From NCBI GenBank assembly GCA_012026655.1, contig JAAILG010000156.1:1-64000 (forward strand): a DNA stretch of 64,000 nt, written 5' to 3'. This DNA comes from Hydrolagus affinis. Lineage: Eukaryota. The position numbers and the translations under genes are program-made. Below are positions 25,181 to 37,229 of the stretch, piece after piece (positions within the stretch are counted from its first letter, which is position 1; the number at the start of each line of letters is the position of its first letter). The notes beneath the pieces were generated by a model. That model did not search any database and was not told the origin of the DNA. It was given only the letters and a program-made list of their open reading frames with translations.

Positions 25181-25639
25181 GATAAGCTGGGTGTATCCTC
25201 CTGGGTACAAATGAATAATCCATGCAAGGCAAATATACAAAAAATACAGGTGATGTGGAACTCTCAGTAGTTTAACTGCTCTACCTTTTGCAATGCTACC
25301 CTGTGTGAGTGGCTCTATATAAATACAGGTTCTTGTAGTTTAGTTTTGAGACTCTGGTATTTACAAACAAGAATTGGATTTAATAATTTAAAGATAAATT
25401 TGATCATGTTGCAATCATTTGTTGGATTCATTTATGTTTCCAGGGAAACGCTATTCACAGCAACTAAAGCATGTAACACTTTAACATCTGAAGCACCAGC
25501 AGGTCGCATTTTAGGCAATTGCGTTTGGGATGCTGTAAAAGACAGAATGCAACAATTTTGAATTAACAAAGGATTTCTAAAGAGGCTACATTTCTTAGGC
25601 AGGCAATCCTGATTTAAACAGGGAAAGTAAAACAGATCA

Positions 25640-25850
25640 AAAATGCTAAATACTGCAGATGCTGGAATCTGAAACAAAACAGAAATAGCTGGGAACACTC
25701 AGCAGGTCAGGCAGCATCTATGGAGAAAGGAAAGTGAGTCAATGTTTCGGGTCCACAACCCTTCATTAGAACTGGGGCATGTTGGGAGGGAGAGGCTTTT
25801 AAGGATTAACAGAGAGGCGGGAGGCAGGGCAAGGAAGACAAAGGATAAAA
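25640..25850 (-). mobile_element. Penelope-like element terminus with degenerate hammerhead
   Basis: aatactgcagatgctggaatctgaaacaaaacagaa...ctcagcaggtcaggcagcatc... matches the 12042 arm; minus-strand core at 25736-25773 reads CUAAUGA instead of CUGANGA. Confidence 0.8.
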
Positions 25851-26650
25851 TGGGGGAAAACAGACCATTTTTATGAACAGTTTAAATAAGGAGGGAAAAC
25901 CTGAATTTGCAAAATAATGTGCAACACAGAAAGAAAAGACATACACATTAAAAAAAAGTAGAAAAAAAAGTGTGATTAGATTAGATATTGAATGAAGTGT
26001 AAATCAGATAAACATATTGAAGATTAATTATAATTGAGCATATCTTTTAATCTTAAATTAGAAAGTGGCAGGAATGTTCATTTTTCTAACAGAATGTGGT
26101 TAAAGGTCAGGAAATTAATTATTGAAGATGCAAGAGCTATGGAAGTCCAATTTAAACAAACGTGCTCATAATTGATTTTAATTGAATCTAAAATGAGAGT
26201 AGTGCCAGATCGAAAGTCAAAATAATAATCCATAGTTCATCTTCCATTAAAAAGTCTATCAGGTTCCTTCATAACCCACCAACAAAGCAAGTGCCTGACG
26301 TGCTGTACTGAAGATTTCTCACCACAGGTTCTGTTGACATCAAATGGAAAAAGAAAGGAATTTTCTTTCAATGGAACACATGAGTATTAATGTCACTGCA
26401 ATAAAAGCTTTAAAACTATTTTATAACTGCTACTTACATGGTAGATCACCAGTATTTTGCATTCTAGGGTAATGGGAAGTTGATTCACACAGTCCTCAAG
26501 CAAATGTCACTTGCCCTCTTCAAATTCAAAAGCACAAACATTGCCCATTCTCACAATTCCTCACAAACTTTGCAAACACATAAACAAACAGGTTCCACAA
26601 TTTGCAGGGACACGCTACTTTTACCAACTATTCCTTGAAGTTGATCCACC

Positions 26651-26790
26651 ACTACAACAACAACAATAACAAATTACATTTGTACAGCACCTTTCACATC
26701 AGGGAGAGGTTAGAAAAATCTACAACAACAACAAAATTACATTTATAGAGCGCCTTTCACATCGGGAGAATGTCACGGGCCGCTGACCTC
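26651..26790 (-). mobile_element. Two tandem L2 tail stubs
   Basis: (caa)n-aaattacattt(g/a)ta(c/g)agc(a/g)cctttcacatc(a)gggaga occurs twice in a row. Confidence 0.75.
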
Positions 26791-28311
26791 TACTGTAATA
26801 GTGGTGTGATAATCTGCTGATAGTTTGTTTGGAGTCTCGGCACACATTTGCCGTTATTCTCTCCCAACACAGTTGATCTGATACAGCAATATCCTGCCTG
26901 CGTCCCCAGGAACTCTTGAAATGCAAAGGAATATGCCAAATTGATACGAATGAAAAACAACCAACACAATCTAAACAGTGAAAGAACTCAAAACGGATTG
27001 GATGCGGAGACCTTGTAAACCTACACTGACACTGAAATAAAAGGAGACATTCAAACAGAGAGTTGCCAGAGTACTATTAACAATCTCCCGTTTGTTTAAA
27101 TTTAAATCAGGGCGAGATTGAGAAATCAAACATTCCCTTCCCCTCTCCCCAATTTTTCTGAACGTAACTGTTCACTCAGTTCATCTCTGACTTTATTGTG
27201 AAAAATATTTGTCTTTTTGGTCCAATTGATTTCCTCTCGTCATTGACTTGACAGATGACGTTGAACAACAACTAAACAATAAAACATACCTTGAGGGATT
27301 AAATAGTTTTGATCAGGAAACGTAAAAGCAACTGAAGCAAGATTACAGAAGAGCAAAAAAAAACTAGCATCCATTTAAAAACCGTTTCAATCTCTCATTT
27401 TATTAACTTGTACAAAGTCTGTTAGAAAAGCAAACTACACACAATTTTCTGTTTTGTGGATGAAGGATACTCTTCAAAGGAGCTGTACTTCTTAATTGAA
27501 AATTTTGACATGAGAGTCATAATTCTACAATCAATAACCCACCGATTAAAAATATGAAACCATAAAAATGCTTTATTCAAAAATTAATACCTGCACACCA
27601 GAAATACTCCATGGAAGCAGTGGATTGACTATCAACTATTTAACTAACCACAACAACAACTTGTATTAATATTGCATCCTTCACACAGATTTGGGACTCG
27701 GAATGTGGACTGCTCCCCAAAATAAGGCAACATTACTGTACGTGTTATGCAAAAGTCAGCAACCTTTTTTTTTATTGTCACACATCAGGATGTATGCATC
27801 TAATCAAAATGGCACATATTGATCCAGCTTGTGTTTTGTGATTGATTGGCTCATATTGACCACAAACAACTCTGATTGGTTGTAAGTCATGAGGTTTTAA
27901 TATCTGTGACAGACAAGTCCATATGTTTTTCCATAAGTGTTCATTCCTTTAAGGAACAGAACTGTGGAGTCTGGCTGCGCATGTAGTTCCCAGGTACATC
28001 AGATCACACATGATGGATAAGATCCTGTCATTTCTGTGATATAAATGCAACATTATTGCCACTTGATATAAGATTATTCAGTAGTTCTTAGGTTTCCAGC
28101 TTAATGTGGAAAATAAATTGTCGGGACAGAAACAAATCATTCACAAAAAAACTTTGCATTGTTATCGCGACAAATAATCAAGGCATTAAATAGTTATTAA
28201 ATAGTTATACTGTGTATACCTTCAAACTGGAAGGACGTGAAATGCACTCTGCAAATATAATTCTTTTGTTGTAGACACAGTCAGTTTGAAGGTATATACA
28301 GTATAACTGTA

Positions 28312-28510
28312 GGCAAGGGAAGAAGCGAGGTGAAGGGACTGTGGGATCGAGTTCCAGAGTGTGGGGGGCAGAGAAGCTGAAAGCCCGGCCACCGATGGTA
28401 GGGCGGCAAACATGGAGCAGACTGAGCCCGCTGAACGGAGGGAGCGAGCAGGTTGGTAGGGAGTCAGCAGGCCAGAGAGGGGTAGGAGGGGGCAAGGCCT
28501 TGAAAGTGAG
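28312..28510 (-). mobile_element. L2 fragment
   Basis: Minus strand PTIGGRAFSFSAP...LWNSIPQSL. Confidence 0.85.
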
Positions 28511-29059
28511 GAATTCTAGTTAACAATTCAAGCAACATCAACACCACCCAAGACTAATTTTTAAAACAGTAGTAACCATTTATGGGAGAGTTGATGGACG
28601 GAACTTTTATGTTAATAATCCAGAATGCTGCCTGGTATTAGAATAAACCTATGTAGCCAATAACAAAACTGCGGTTTTAGATTAAATTTTTCCCAATTAC
28701 AGTTTTAATACTATTTTGAAATATTATTTTTAGCCCTCTATCACCTCTTTAACTATTGCCAGATACAAATTAAATTCTGGAGGCTCTTATTTTTCCTGAC
28801 ACATTGCCGGGTGGTCATTTATACCCTGAGCGAGCACTTGTCTCCTTAATCATAGGCAAAGCCTATTTCTATGAAATCCTCTAATTAAAAAAAATACCGC
28901 ATTGACATTTCTAATTTCCCATGAGTTTTAGCCAGGGGCACCAAACTGCAACAGTGACACAAGCTGTTAATAATCCCTGAAGCGGTCAATGGTCGCTCCT
29001 TTAATACCGTGTCGATAAAATGGCCGTAACCCTAGGTTGTGTGCCATTTTAGGAATCAG

Positions 29060-29285
29060 TGTGTGACTAAGCAGTGCAGAACATAGAGCCAGGTCTGCAC
29101 TCGACTCAATTCTGTTTTCTCACTTGGCTGTTGTGGGCACATCAAACAGCCTGCCAGCACTCAGTGTCCATGCCCACATTTGACGAGTGGTCACTTGGTT
29201 GAAGTACTGGAAGCCTGTGTCCGCAGCACCCCATCAGGCCGCGTCATCCGAGGTTGTGTGTGAGAAGTGGGAGAATAAAACATTT
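29060..29285 (+). mobile_element. Ancient SINE relic, 3' half (AmnSINE2-like by recall)
   Basis: aaacagcctgccagcactcagtgtccatgcccacatttgacgagtggtcacttggttgaagtactgga...gggagaataaa. Confidence 0.45.
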
Positions 29286-29350
29286 CCGAGCAAATTGTCC
29301 TTTGCTACTCGAGCCAGCTACTATTACAGCAATATAGGCACAGTTCTGGG

Positions 29351-29653
29351 TATAATAATAATTATTGGATTTGATATCATGCCTTATCACGTCTTCTAAA
29401 TGTCTCAATACACTTCACAGAATATACTGTACAGTGAATTGACTGTATATTTGTGGGAGAAACACGACAGCTAATTGCACACAGCAGTGTCCTACAAACA
29501 GTCGTGGATTGAAATGACCAATTTTTTTTTTTTTAGGGGTTATTATCAGGTGTGTGGATTAAGGAAACATGCCCAGGTTTTGCCCTGCCTGGAATTGAAC
29601 CCAGGTCTCTCGCTGGTAAGGCGAGTGCTCCGACCTCTGAGCTGCAGGGTTCC
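29351..29653 (-). mobile_element. Full-length tRNA-derived SINE
   Basis: Head ggaaccctgcagctcagaggtcggagcactcgccttaccagcgagagacctgggttcaattcc; family body and tail. Confidence 0.9.
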
Positions 29654-30427
29654 ACTTTGACTGTTTTGCAGATCCCCTGATTTGGAATAAGAAGCACAAT
29701 ATGAAGGAAGCTGAAGATAGAAGCAAGAAGCGAAATTCAATAAATGACGACATTTTGACAACATGAGTAGGCGATATATCATATGCAAGCATTATTAGTC
29801 ATTTGCCTTTCAAAACAAAAGCTCATCTGTTGAGAACGTTAAGAATAAATAAATGAATTTCAAAGTTGCTGGTTTCCTTTCTCTTCCAAAAAAGTGAAAT
29901 CAAATAAAAACATGAAATAAAGCTCCAGCTTATGAATCTCAGTGCACCAGAGTGTGAAAGACTTTGCCACCATTGTGTTGGCCAACATTTCCTATCATTA
30001 TTGGTAATGCAGTATTTTCAGAAAGTGTCAGTACGTATTGATAAATATGCTGTTGAATTTTGCATCAAAGAAAGAGGAAGGGGTAAAACATCAATAATCT
30101 TCAATTAAATCCCATTTTGGAAAGAAATAACTTAATCAGAGTCAATTGATTAAAATCGGCGTTGTTCTTTGTATAATCTGTTCGCAGATAAACTGTTGCG
30201 AGTTCTGGTTTTAGTGTCAGATTGAGTGGCTCTGCATCTTGACTGGGTATTGTAATCCCCGCTGGACTGACTGTGCAAGTAGGTATGAGGACAAAAGTTT
30301 GTGTTCGTGTTCAGTCTCTGCACGCTACTGGAACAGATATTTCCCAACAGAGCGAGGGAAAATGTTGAATTGATAAAAGCTATGTAGAATGTTCCCTGCT
30401 ACCTTTTCAACCTGGGTACAAACAAAT

Positions 30428-30637
30428 AAACAACTTGGATTTATATAGCTCCCTTCACGTCAGACAGTGTCTCAAAGCGCTTCACAATAGCGGAGCCCGA
30501 GGCCGAGCCAGGGGCAGGCGGAAGATGACCGTAGGCGCGGTCGAAGAGAATGGCCTTCAGGTGCAACCTGAAAATGGAAAAGGAGGGGGTGAGGCAGAGG
30601 GATGGAGGGAGGGAGTTCCAGAGTCCAGAGGCACGCT
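30428..30637 (-). mobile_element. L2 3' end
   Basis: LWNSLPPSL...FRLHLKAILFDRAYG plus tail. Confidence 0.88.
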
Positions 30638-32469
30638 GCATGATGAGAGAAATAAATAATAAGGAAGAAAATCTACTTATTCAATTCTCCCAGTAGAAAG
30701 TGTGAGACACTGTTTATTTCGAAGCCGAAATATGAATCAATAATAAAATGATGGGAAGGCTGACAAATAAGCACATTTAGAATCTGAGAAGGTTCCATGG
30801 CCCTTCAAGCTCAGTAAACAGGAACAGGCATTAATGCGTCCTGTGGTGAAATACTTTCACAGCCAGTTCCATTACAATGCAAATCTAAACCTGTCCTGAA
30901 AATTTATTACAAAGTACCAGGGACTCTTGTGGATCCATCCATTTTTTATAAGGCAAGAATAACTGCTAGTCAGTGATAGTTATTGAGACCGCCAACAGTC
31001 GACGGCTGGTGGATTAATTAACAACATCTCAACTAAAATGGAATAAAACCCACTGGGAAATTTAAATGTACAAGACAGTCCTTACTCTCATTCATACTGC
31101 TCGGACTTCTTAAGTCCTTTGACTTCCAAAGATAAAAAATTATAGTAGGTTGTTTGGATATGTATGTTGTTACGCGTAGCTTGGGTAGGCTGTGCTATTT
31201 GAGGGAGGAGGAAGACAGTAAGATATATTGACTTTTGTTTTACTCCCAAGGTTGGTGGTTTTACAGCTGTCATTCACATCGCTTGTTAATCGTTACCCCG
31301 ACTCAATCAATCTCTCAACTTTGAGGGGAGATAATTGAAGCAATTCACTTGGTGGAATCGAGGCTTGCGAGGAACCAGAAGCAGCGCTAAGTAGACCAGT
31401 CTAAGAGCACAAACATCTGCAGAGCTGACAAGGAGGGCAACATTTTAGTACGATTCAATTGTGCATTTTAAATGTGATAAATGGGCAAGCCATTTTTCAT
31501 TTGTCAGAGGGCTCGATTAGGTCCTCTGTGAGCTCTAATGAATTCCACTGTTTAGCTACCATAAATACTTGCCAGATCAATTTTTAATAAGATTTCACAC
31601 TTTCATTTCACTTTTCCAGACCATTTAAAAAAAATCTTTCTATGAAACCCTGATGTAGTTTGGATCGCAACATGACTGGAAATTAGGATTAGTTCTACCA
31701 GCTATTCCTTTATCCACAATCTGTTTAATTGTCATTAAAATTAAGGGCACACACCATAAAACAGCAGAAGCAGTGCTCCAGATCTAGGTATGTGGACACT
31801 TAGGATACATTGTTAAACTGTGTTACAATATAAAAGCGAACATAATGAGAAAAAGCCGTTCCATTCACCACGCAGGCAAAATTTATTGTATTCGGGAGTC
31901 GACAGTCCCACTTCATCCTCTGCGATATCTCAAGTACGCATATTTCCCAAAGGAAATGCAGTAAAATAATCTAGAAGTTTCACCCATCTTTACATCTCTG
32001 CTGTTCAATCTTCGGTCCCTTCTCTTCAAGCTAACATTCTTCCTTAGTTTTATCAACAGAATTATTGTGCTCCATAGAATATTTATTTCAATTGATAGAT
32101 TTTTTTTTAAAAGTGCACAAGGCCATTGTATCTGTACTGAGGCTAGCCTCTCCACTACAGTACGCAGTGTATCTACTTGAATCCCACTCTTTAGCTCTCT
32201 AATCATAACCCTTAAGATTAAATTCCTACAAGCATTTATTCCTTTTGAATGCTGTGATGGACTCAGGTTCGACAGTCATTTGCGATAAAGTACAGTATTC
32301 CACATTCTTTAATAGGAACAAAATCCACAAGCTGCCCGCAAACCTTTTCAATTAAGATATCCAATACTAAGATAACAACTTACTATTCTGTCAACCATCA
32401 AAACAATCACCCAAGTGGACCTACCTCAGAGGTAATGAACACCACCACATTTTATGACCCCCACCACAT

Positions 32470-32660
32470 TGCCTATTGTTAAGTGCTTTGCAGAGGTCCT
32501 CCTGACACAAAAGGCTCCGCATAAATGTAAGCTGTTGTTAAAAACTGTCTGAGTTTGATGTTGAGAGGGGGTAGATGGCCATAGGCATGGGTCAAAAAGG
32601 ATGATCTTTAAGTGCATTCTGAAGATGGGTAATCAGGGAGCAAGGTGGAGGGATTGAGCC
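32470..32660. mobile_element. Two degraded L2 tail remnants, tail-to-tail (+ 32470-32540, - 32545-32660)
   Basis: Plus: aagtgctttgcagaggtcctcctgacacaaaggctccgcataaatgtaagctgttgtt; minus: HLKIILFD. Confidence 0.55.
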
Positions 32661-32671
32661 ATAGTTTCAAC

Positions 32672-33308
32672 AGTAACAAAATTACACTTGTATAGAGCCT
32701 TTCAATCAACGCGCTGGACAGTCACTGGGTCAGACCCGAGCTGGGAGTACTGGGGTGGAGAGAAGGGGGGATTAGGAGTTGCTGATGGGAGCATCGAAGA
32801 GGAGAGTCTTGAGGCAGGACTTGAAGGAGGCCAGGGAGGGAGCCAGGCAGAAGGACTGTGGCATGGAGTTCTAGAGGTTGGGGGCAGAATGGCTAAAGGC
32901 TCGCTCGCCACTGCTGGGGCAGATGGGTCGGGGACGTGGAGCAGGCCAGAGCCTGCTGAGCGGTGGGGGAAGGGAGGTTGGTAAGGGGTTAGAAGGTCAC
33001 AGATGTAGGGGGGGGGGTGAGATTATGGAGGGCTTTAAATACGAGGGCCAGGATCTTGAATTGGATCGTCTGGATGATGGGGAGCCTATGGAGTCGGGCG
33101 AGGATGGGGGAGATGGGGTCACAGAGTTTGGAACGGTAGAGAACACAGGCCGCTGAGTTCTGGATCATCTGCAACTTGTGGAGGGAGGAATTGGGAAGGC
33201 CAACAAGTAGGGCATTTGCATAGTCAAGCCAGGATATAATGAAGGCATGAATGAGGATTTCAGCGGCTTTGGGGGTGAAGTAGTGATGGAGTCGGGCAAT
33301 ATTCAGGA
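32672..33308 (-). mobile_element. L2 3' fragment (~640 bp)
   Basis: NIARLHHYFTPKAAEILIHAFIISWLDYANALLVGLPNSSLHKLQMIQNSAACVL...ISPILARLHRLPIIQTIQFKILALVFKALHNLTP, then 3'UTR and tail. Confidence 0.92.
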
Positions 33309-33465
33309 AAATAACAACTTGTATAATGCCTTCCATGCAGGGCAGTGTTTCAGAACGCTTACATAGTGGCTGAAGGCGGGTGCTGACGTGGAACAGAGGG
33401 GACGAGGGGCTTGCTGGAGACCGAACCATCTGAGCAAAGGAAATGGGTAGAGGAGTGGGGTGCAA
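33309..33465 (-). mobile_element. Second L2 tail abutting the previous copy
   Basis: aacaacttgtataatgccttccatgcagggcagtgtttcagaacgcttaca. Confidence 0.7.
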
Positions 33466-33841
33466 AAACAGGTAATACGACCGAAATCACTGCTACGAGT
33501 AGGGAAATGTTGAAACCAAAGGCATTCTGCTAAATTCCTCCTTTTAAGAAAGGCTCTTTTTTCCAAATGCCACTTTTAGTAGAATTAGAAAAATAAGAAC
33601 TTGATAGATTAGTTTGGACTATTATTTCTGTCACACAGAGTCAATAAAGCTGTGATATTCTACCTTAGTAAAGTGCATCTTAGTGCCAGCTGGGAGAACC
33701 CGAGGAGACAAAGATTTACATGGAGGGCAGGCTCATGCAACAGTAATAATTGTTTTGTAGCAAGATCTTTCACTCGTCCATTATTGACTCTTCATTAGAC
33801 TAAAACAATACAGATAGTTTTAAAACCCAATGCAGTCTAGA

Positions 33842-33970
33842 AAATAATAATAATTGTTGCATTTGCTACATTGCCTTATCACATCATTGAAACGTCTAAA
33901 AGCACTTCAGAATTTTACTGTAAAGTACAGTGGCTGCATTTGGAGGCAACTGTAGCAGCCAATTTGCACT
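33842..33970 (-). mobile_element. SINE tail fragment
   Basis: aataataataattgttgcatttg...aaacgtctaaaagcacttcag...gcagccaatttgcac. Confidence 0.75.
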
Positions 33971-34801
33971 CTTGTACAAACTCTTGTCCAATTTGTACAA
34001 ACTGAGGTGTCTAACTAATTTATTGGAGCAATAGTTGATAAAAATCCGCTAGACTCAGGCTTTCATCTACAAGTGAGATTATGTTCAGAGGGGAACCTAA
34101 AATGATTTAAACCTATTTAAAATAGAACCCAAAAGATTTACAAAATCAGGTCTTTGAGATTTCATTTGTTAAATGCACAATAGAATTAGCAAATTACCAC
34201 TGATTGCAATTGGCAAACAGGACTCCAGCTTTGTGAGGCTAATCGTGGTGTTAATGAAGATGCCTCTTCGAACTCACTCCCAGCTCCTTTTTGTTCCACC
34301 GATTTCTAAATGTCACCTCCTGCAGCTCGTCTTTGAACCGTCAACTTATTGAAGTCGGAAAGCTGGCTCGGGTGGAACTACATTCTGCTTTAAAGCTCCA
34401 GTTCGATGATGTGCTGTGTACTGACATTTCAAGGTTGCAAAATTGTGTGTCCTCTCGAGCACTGACGTATAGAAAGGATGAAAGGTGATAAACTTCTGCC
34501 TGCAATTTGATGACAAGTGACAGCTCTATAAAGGCACCTTTGTATGCATGTGCTCCAAATTATCAGCCTACATGAACCACAGTTGCATTAGTCTGAATTT
34601 TATTTCCCTTCTTCCCCAATGAGAGAAAGATTGGATTGCTTGCCAAATGTGAAGCCTATGTACCAAATGCCCTTTAACTATTGGTTTGAATGCTCTCAGA
34701 TTAGCCAACCTAATCAAGCGCTACCTCCTTTGATTGCTTTTGATCATCTTTACCCTTTTAGCTCCAACATCCATCTCTGGTACCAAGGCACTTACCGGGG
34801 A

Positions 34802-35367
34802 TAGGACTAAGCAAAGCAGGGATCAAGGAATGATGAAAGCCCCTCAGGCTGAGTGATTAGAGTCGCCCTCCTGAGGTTACAGACTGGTATAAATTTGTAT
34901 TGTACCATGGCTATGGTTATGGAGGGGGCAGCAATTTCTGATATTGAATGTGGAACTCAAAAACTTGAAAATCAAGCTTGGGAAGTTACAGAATCCCATA
35001 CCAAACCCATATGATGGGATGAATTCAGATCAACCCGTTTCAATTTTGGTTTGATCGGATTCACAAATCCATTCTGGATTCACCTTTTCACAAAAGCATT
35101 CCAAAAATCCATGTATTTTTTCCACAAAATAGACAGTTAATTCACTTTTACAGTATTATGTGAAGGGTTTTGAGATGTCTCCTCGAAGTGCTCTATCAAA
35201 TGCACAAATTATTATTATTGCTATTACATTGAAAATGAAGCAAAGGATTGGCAGAAAACAAATGCAACAGTAGCATAATAATCACTGAATAGTTTTTCAG
35301 CCATTGCATCTCTGTCATAGTCTGAGAGGCTTATATTATTCCTTGATCCCTGCTTTGCTTAGTCCTA
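34802..35367. repeat. 566-bp segment bounded by a perfect 30-bp inverted repeat; possible unclassified MITE
   Basis: taggactaagcaaagcagggatcaaggaat at 34802-34831; exact reverse complement at 35338-35367; a further 14/19 matches inward. Confidence 0.8.
35128..35222 (+). mobile_element. SINE tail inside the inverted-repeat segment
   Basis: acagttaattcacttttacagtattatgtgaagggttttgagatgtct...tatcaaatgcacaaattattattatt. Confidence 0.75.
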
Positions 35368-36159
35368 AAGAGACTGTAAGGACAGACAAAACAATATTGT
35401 TGTTCAGTTTAATATAACCTCAAATTTGTAGATTTGGGAAAATTAATACCTGTACAGTATTAGAAAAATACTGCCTCACCATAAAGAACAGGATTAAGAT
35501 GTTACGATTTCAAGAAAGATGTTTAGGGTTGGAATAAATTTATGTAACAAAAGGATAAGACAAATCTAAGTCTTACACATACACAAGATGTAACTAATTC
35601 ATTGAACTGTAGAGAGTGCAGTGAATCTGAAAGAACCTATTTTAATATCATCATATTTTGCTGGCAGTTGGTAAGAGATTGTGCTCTGACTTGTATTAGG
35701 GAAGGAGATTATTAATTCCCTGCTGGGTGTCCATCAGGATTTCTCTTAGAGATTGCTCATCTTGCAGTCTTTGGCTGAATTAGTTTTACTTGCTGCCACA
35801 CAGAGCTATCTGCTTGGATGAATAAAGACAATTGCTGATCCCCATCTCTTTACATAGGATAACAGTTTTCTGAGCTGCAAGATGGCAATACATGATACAC
35901 ACCTTGAAAGGATGAGAAAACACCAGAATAAAACTGCCCTCACATTAAGCTCCCCTCAATTTTAAATTCTCTTCATACTTTGTACTAAGATGTTCTCTCG
36001 ATGTGAAGGGTGGAAATAAGGTGAAAATAAGTGGAAATTGTGTTGTACCACTCTGGTCAGTGAGTTAGCTGCTGTAATATATCATCAATGTTACATTTTT
36101 TTTCTGAATTTTGTGCTCATCAAAACCCTAGGAAATGAAATAATGTTCCACTTTCATTA

Positions 36160-36450
36160 TCAGAAATGCCATCCTTCAGATGAGACATTAAACCAAGGCC
36201 CATCCTATGTCTGTTCAGGTGGAATTAGAAGATCTGATTAACACTATTTATGTTTTTTGTGGTGCCCTGGCCAACAATCCTCCAGATAAATCGCTCATTC
36301 ACTTCATAGTACAGTACAGTAGTTCATTGGCTGCTACATTCACCTACAAATACAGTCACTACACTTTTTTAAAGCCATTATCATTGAAGTGGTCTGAGGT
36401 GTTGAAACTCTACATTCACTGCATCAAGTGCATTATTATTATGATGATTT
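36160..36450 (+). mobile_element. Old DeuSINE with recognisable central Deu domain
   Basis: tgccatccttcagatgagacattaaaccaaggccc...caggtggaattagaagatc...ggtgccctggccaa matches the recalled Deu domain (GGATGAGACGTTAAACCGAGGCCCC...GGTGTCCTGGCCAA). Confidence 0.7.
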
Positions 36451-36872
36451 AGTTGCCATAAGTCACCACAACCACGGATCAATTGTTATTACCTGCTTTT
36501 CCTAATAGAAACAAAAGCTCTGACAAAATACACACAAAGCTGTTTTTTTTTGTAATCTCAGCTACACAGCCTGGATATTCATTTCCTGAACATGTTTGGG
36601 GAGGAGATGTTAGGAAAGTGCTATGTTAGGAAATTGAACAAAGCTCGCTACACTCATATCGCAATCATCTACAGTATTTCTGTTGGAGAAAAACAAAACC
36701 CATCCTCCTAAAATAGTGGAAAAATGTCATCCCTGAAAAAACATTTATTTTTTTAAAAAAAGATTAAAAACACACAGTATTTCTGCAAATAATTTGTTCT
36801 TAGTAGACTATTTGTTGCTGCTTGGAAATTCTATGGACTTGGGTAGTAATAGATGATTTTAGGTGGATAGGT

Positions 36873-37229
36873 GGAGTCCTATAGCTCAGTGGTTAGAGCA
36901 CTCGCCTTACAAACATGAGACCTATGTTCAAATCCAGCCAGGTCAGGGCGAAACCCTTGACAAGTTTCCTCACTCCACATGCCTAATAATAATCCCTCCA
37001 AAAAAACCACAATAATAAAAAATTGGTAATTTTCAACAACAACAGAATTACACTTGTATAGCATCTTTCATGTCAGGAGGACTGTTTGTGCGCAATTGGC
37101 TGCTGCGTTTCGCACACAAATATACAGTCAATTCACTTTGCAGTTTATTCTGTGAAGCGCTTTGAGATGTCTAGAAGATGTGAAAAGTGCTATATTAAAT
37201 GCAAGGATTATTATATTATTTATTATTAT
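36873..37229 (+). mobile_element. Full-length tRNA-derived SINE interrupted by an antisense L2 tail (37034-37082)
   Basis: Head ggagtcctatagctcagtggttagagcactcgccttacaa...gttcaaatcc; insert caacaacaacagaattacacttgtatagcatctttcatgtcaggagg; family tail. Confidence 0.9.

Noticed and set aside
32989-33465. 158-aa ORF with RT-associated similarity
   Set aside because: Chance fusion of two truncated L2 fragments; not a host gene or intact LINE.
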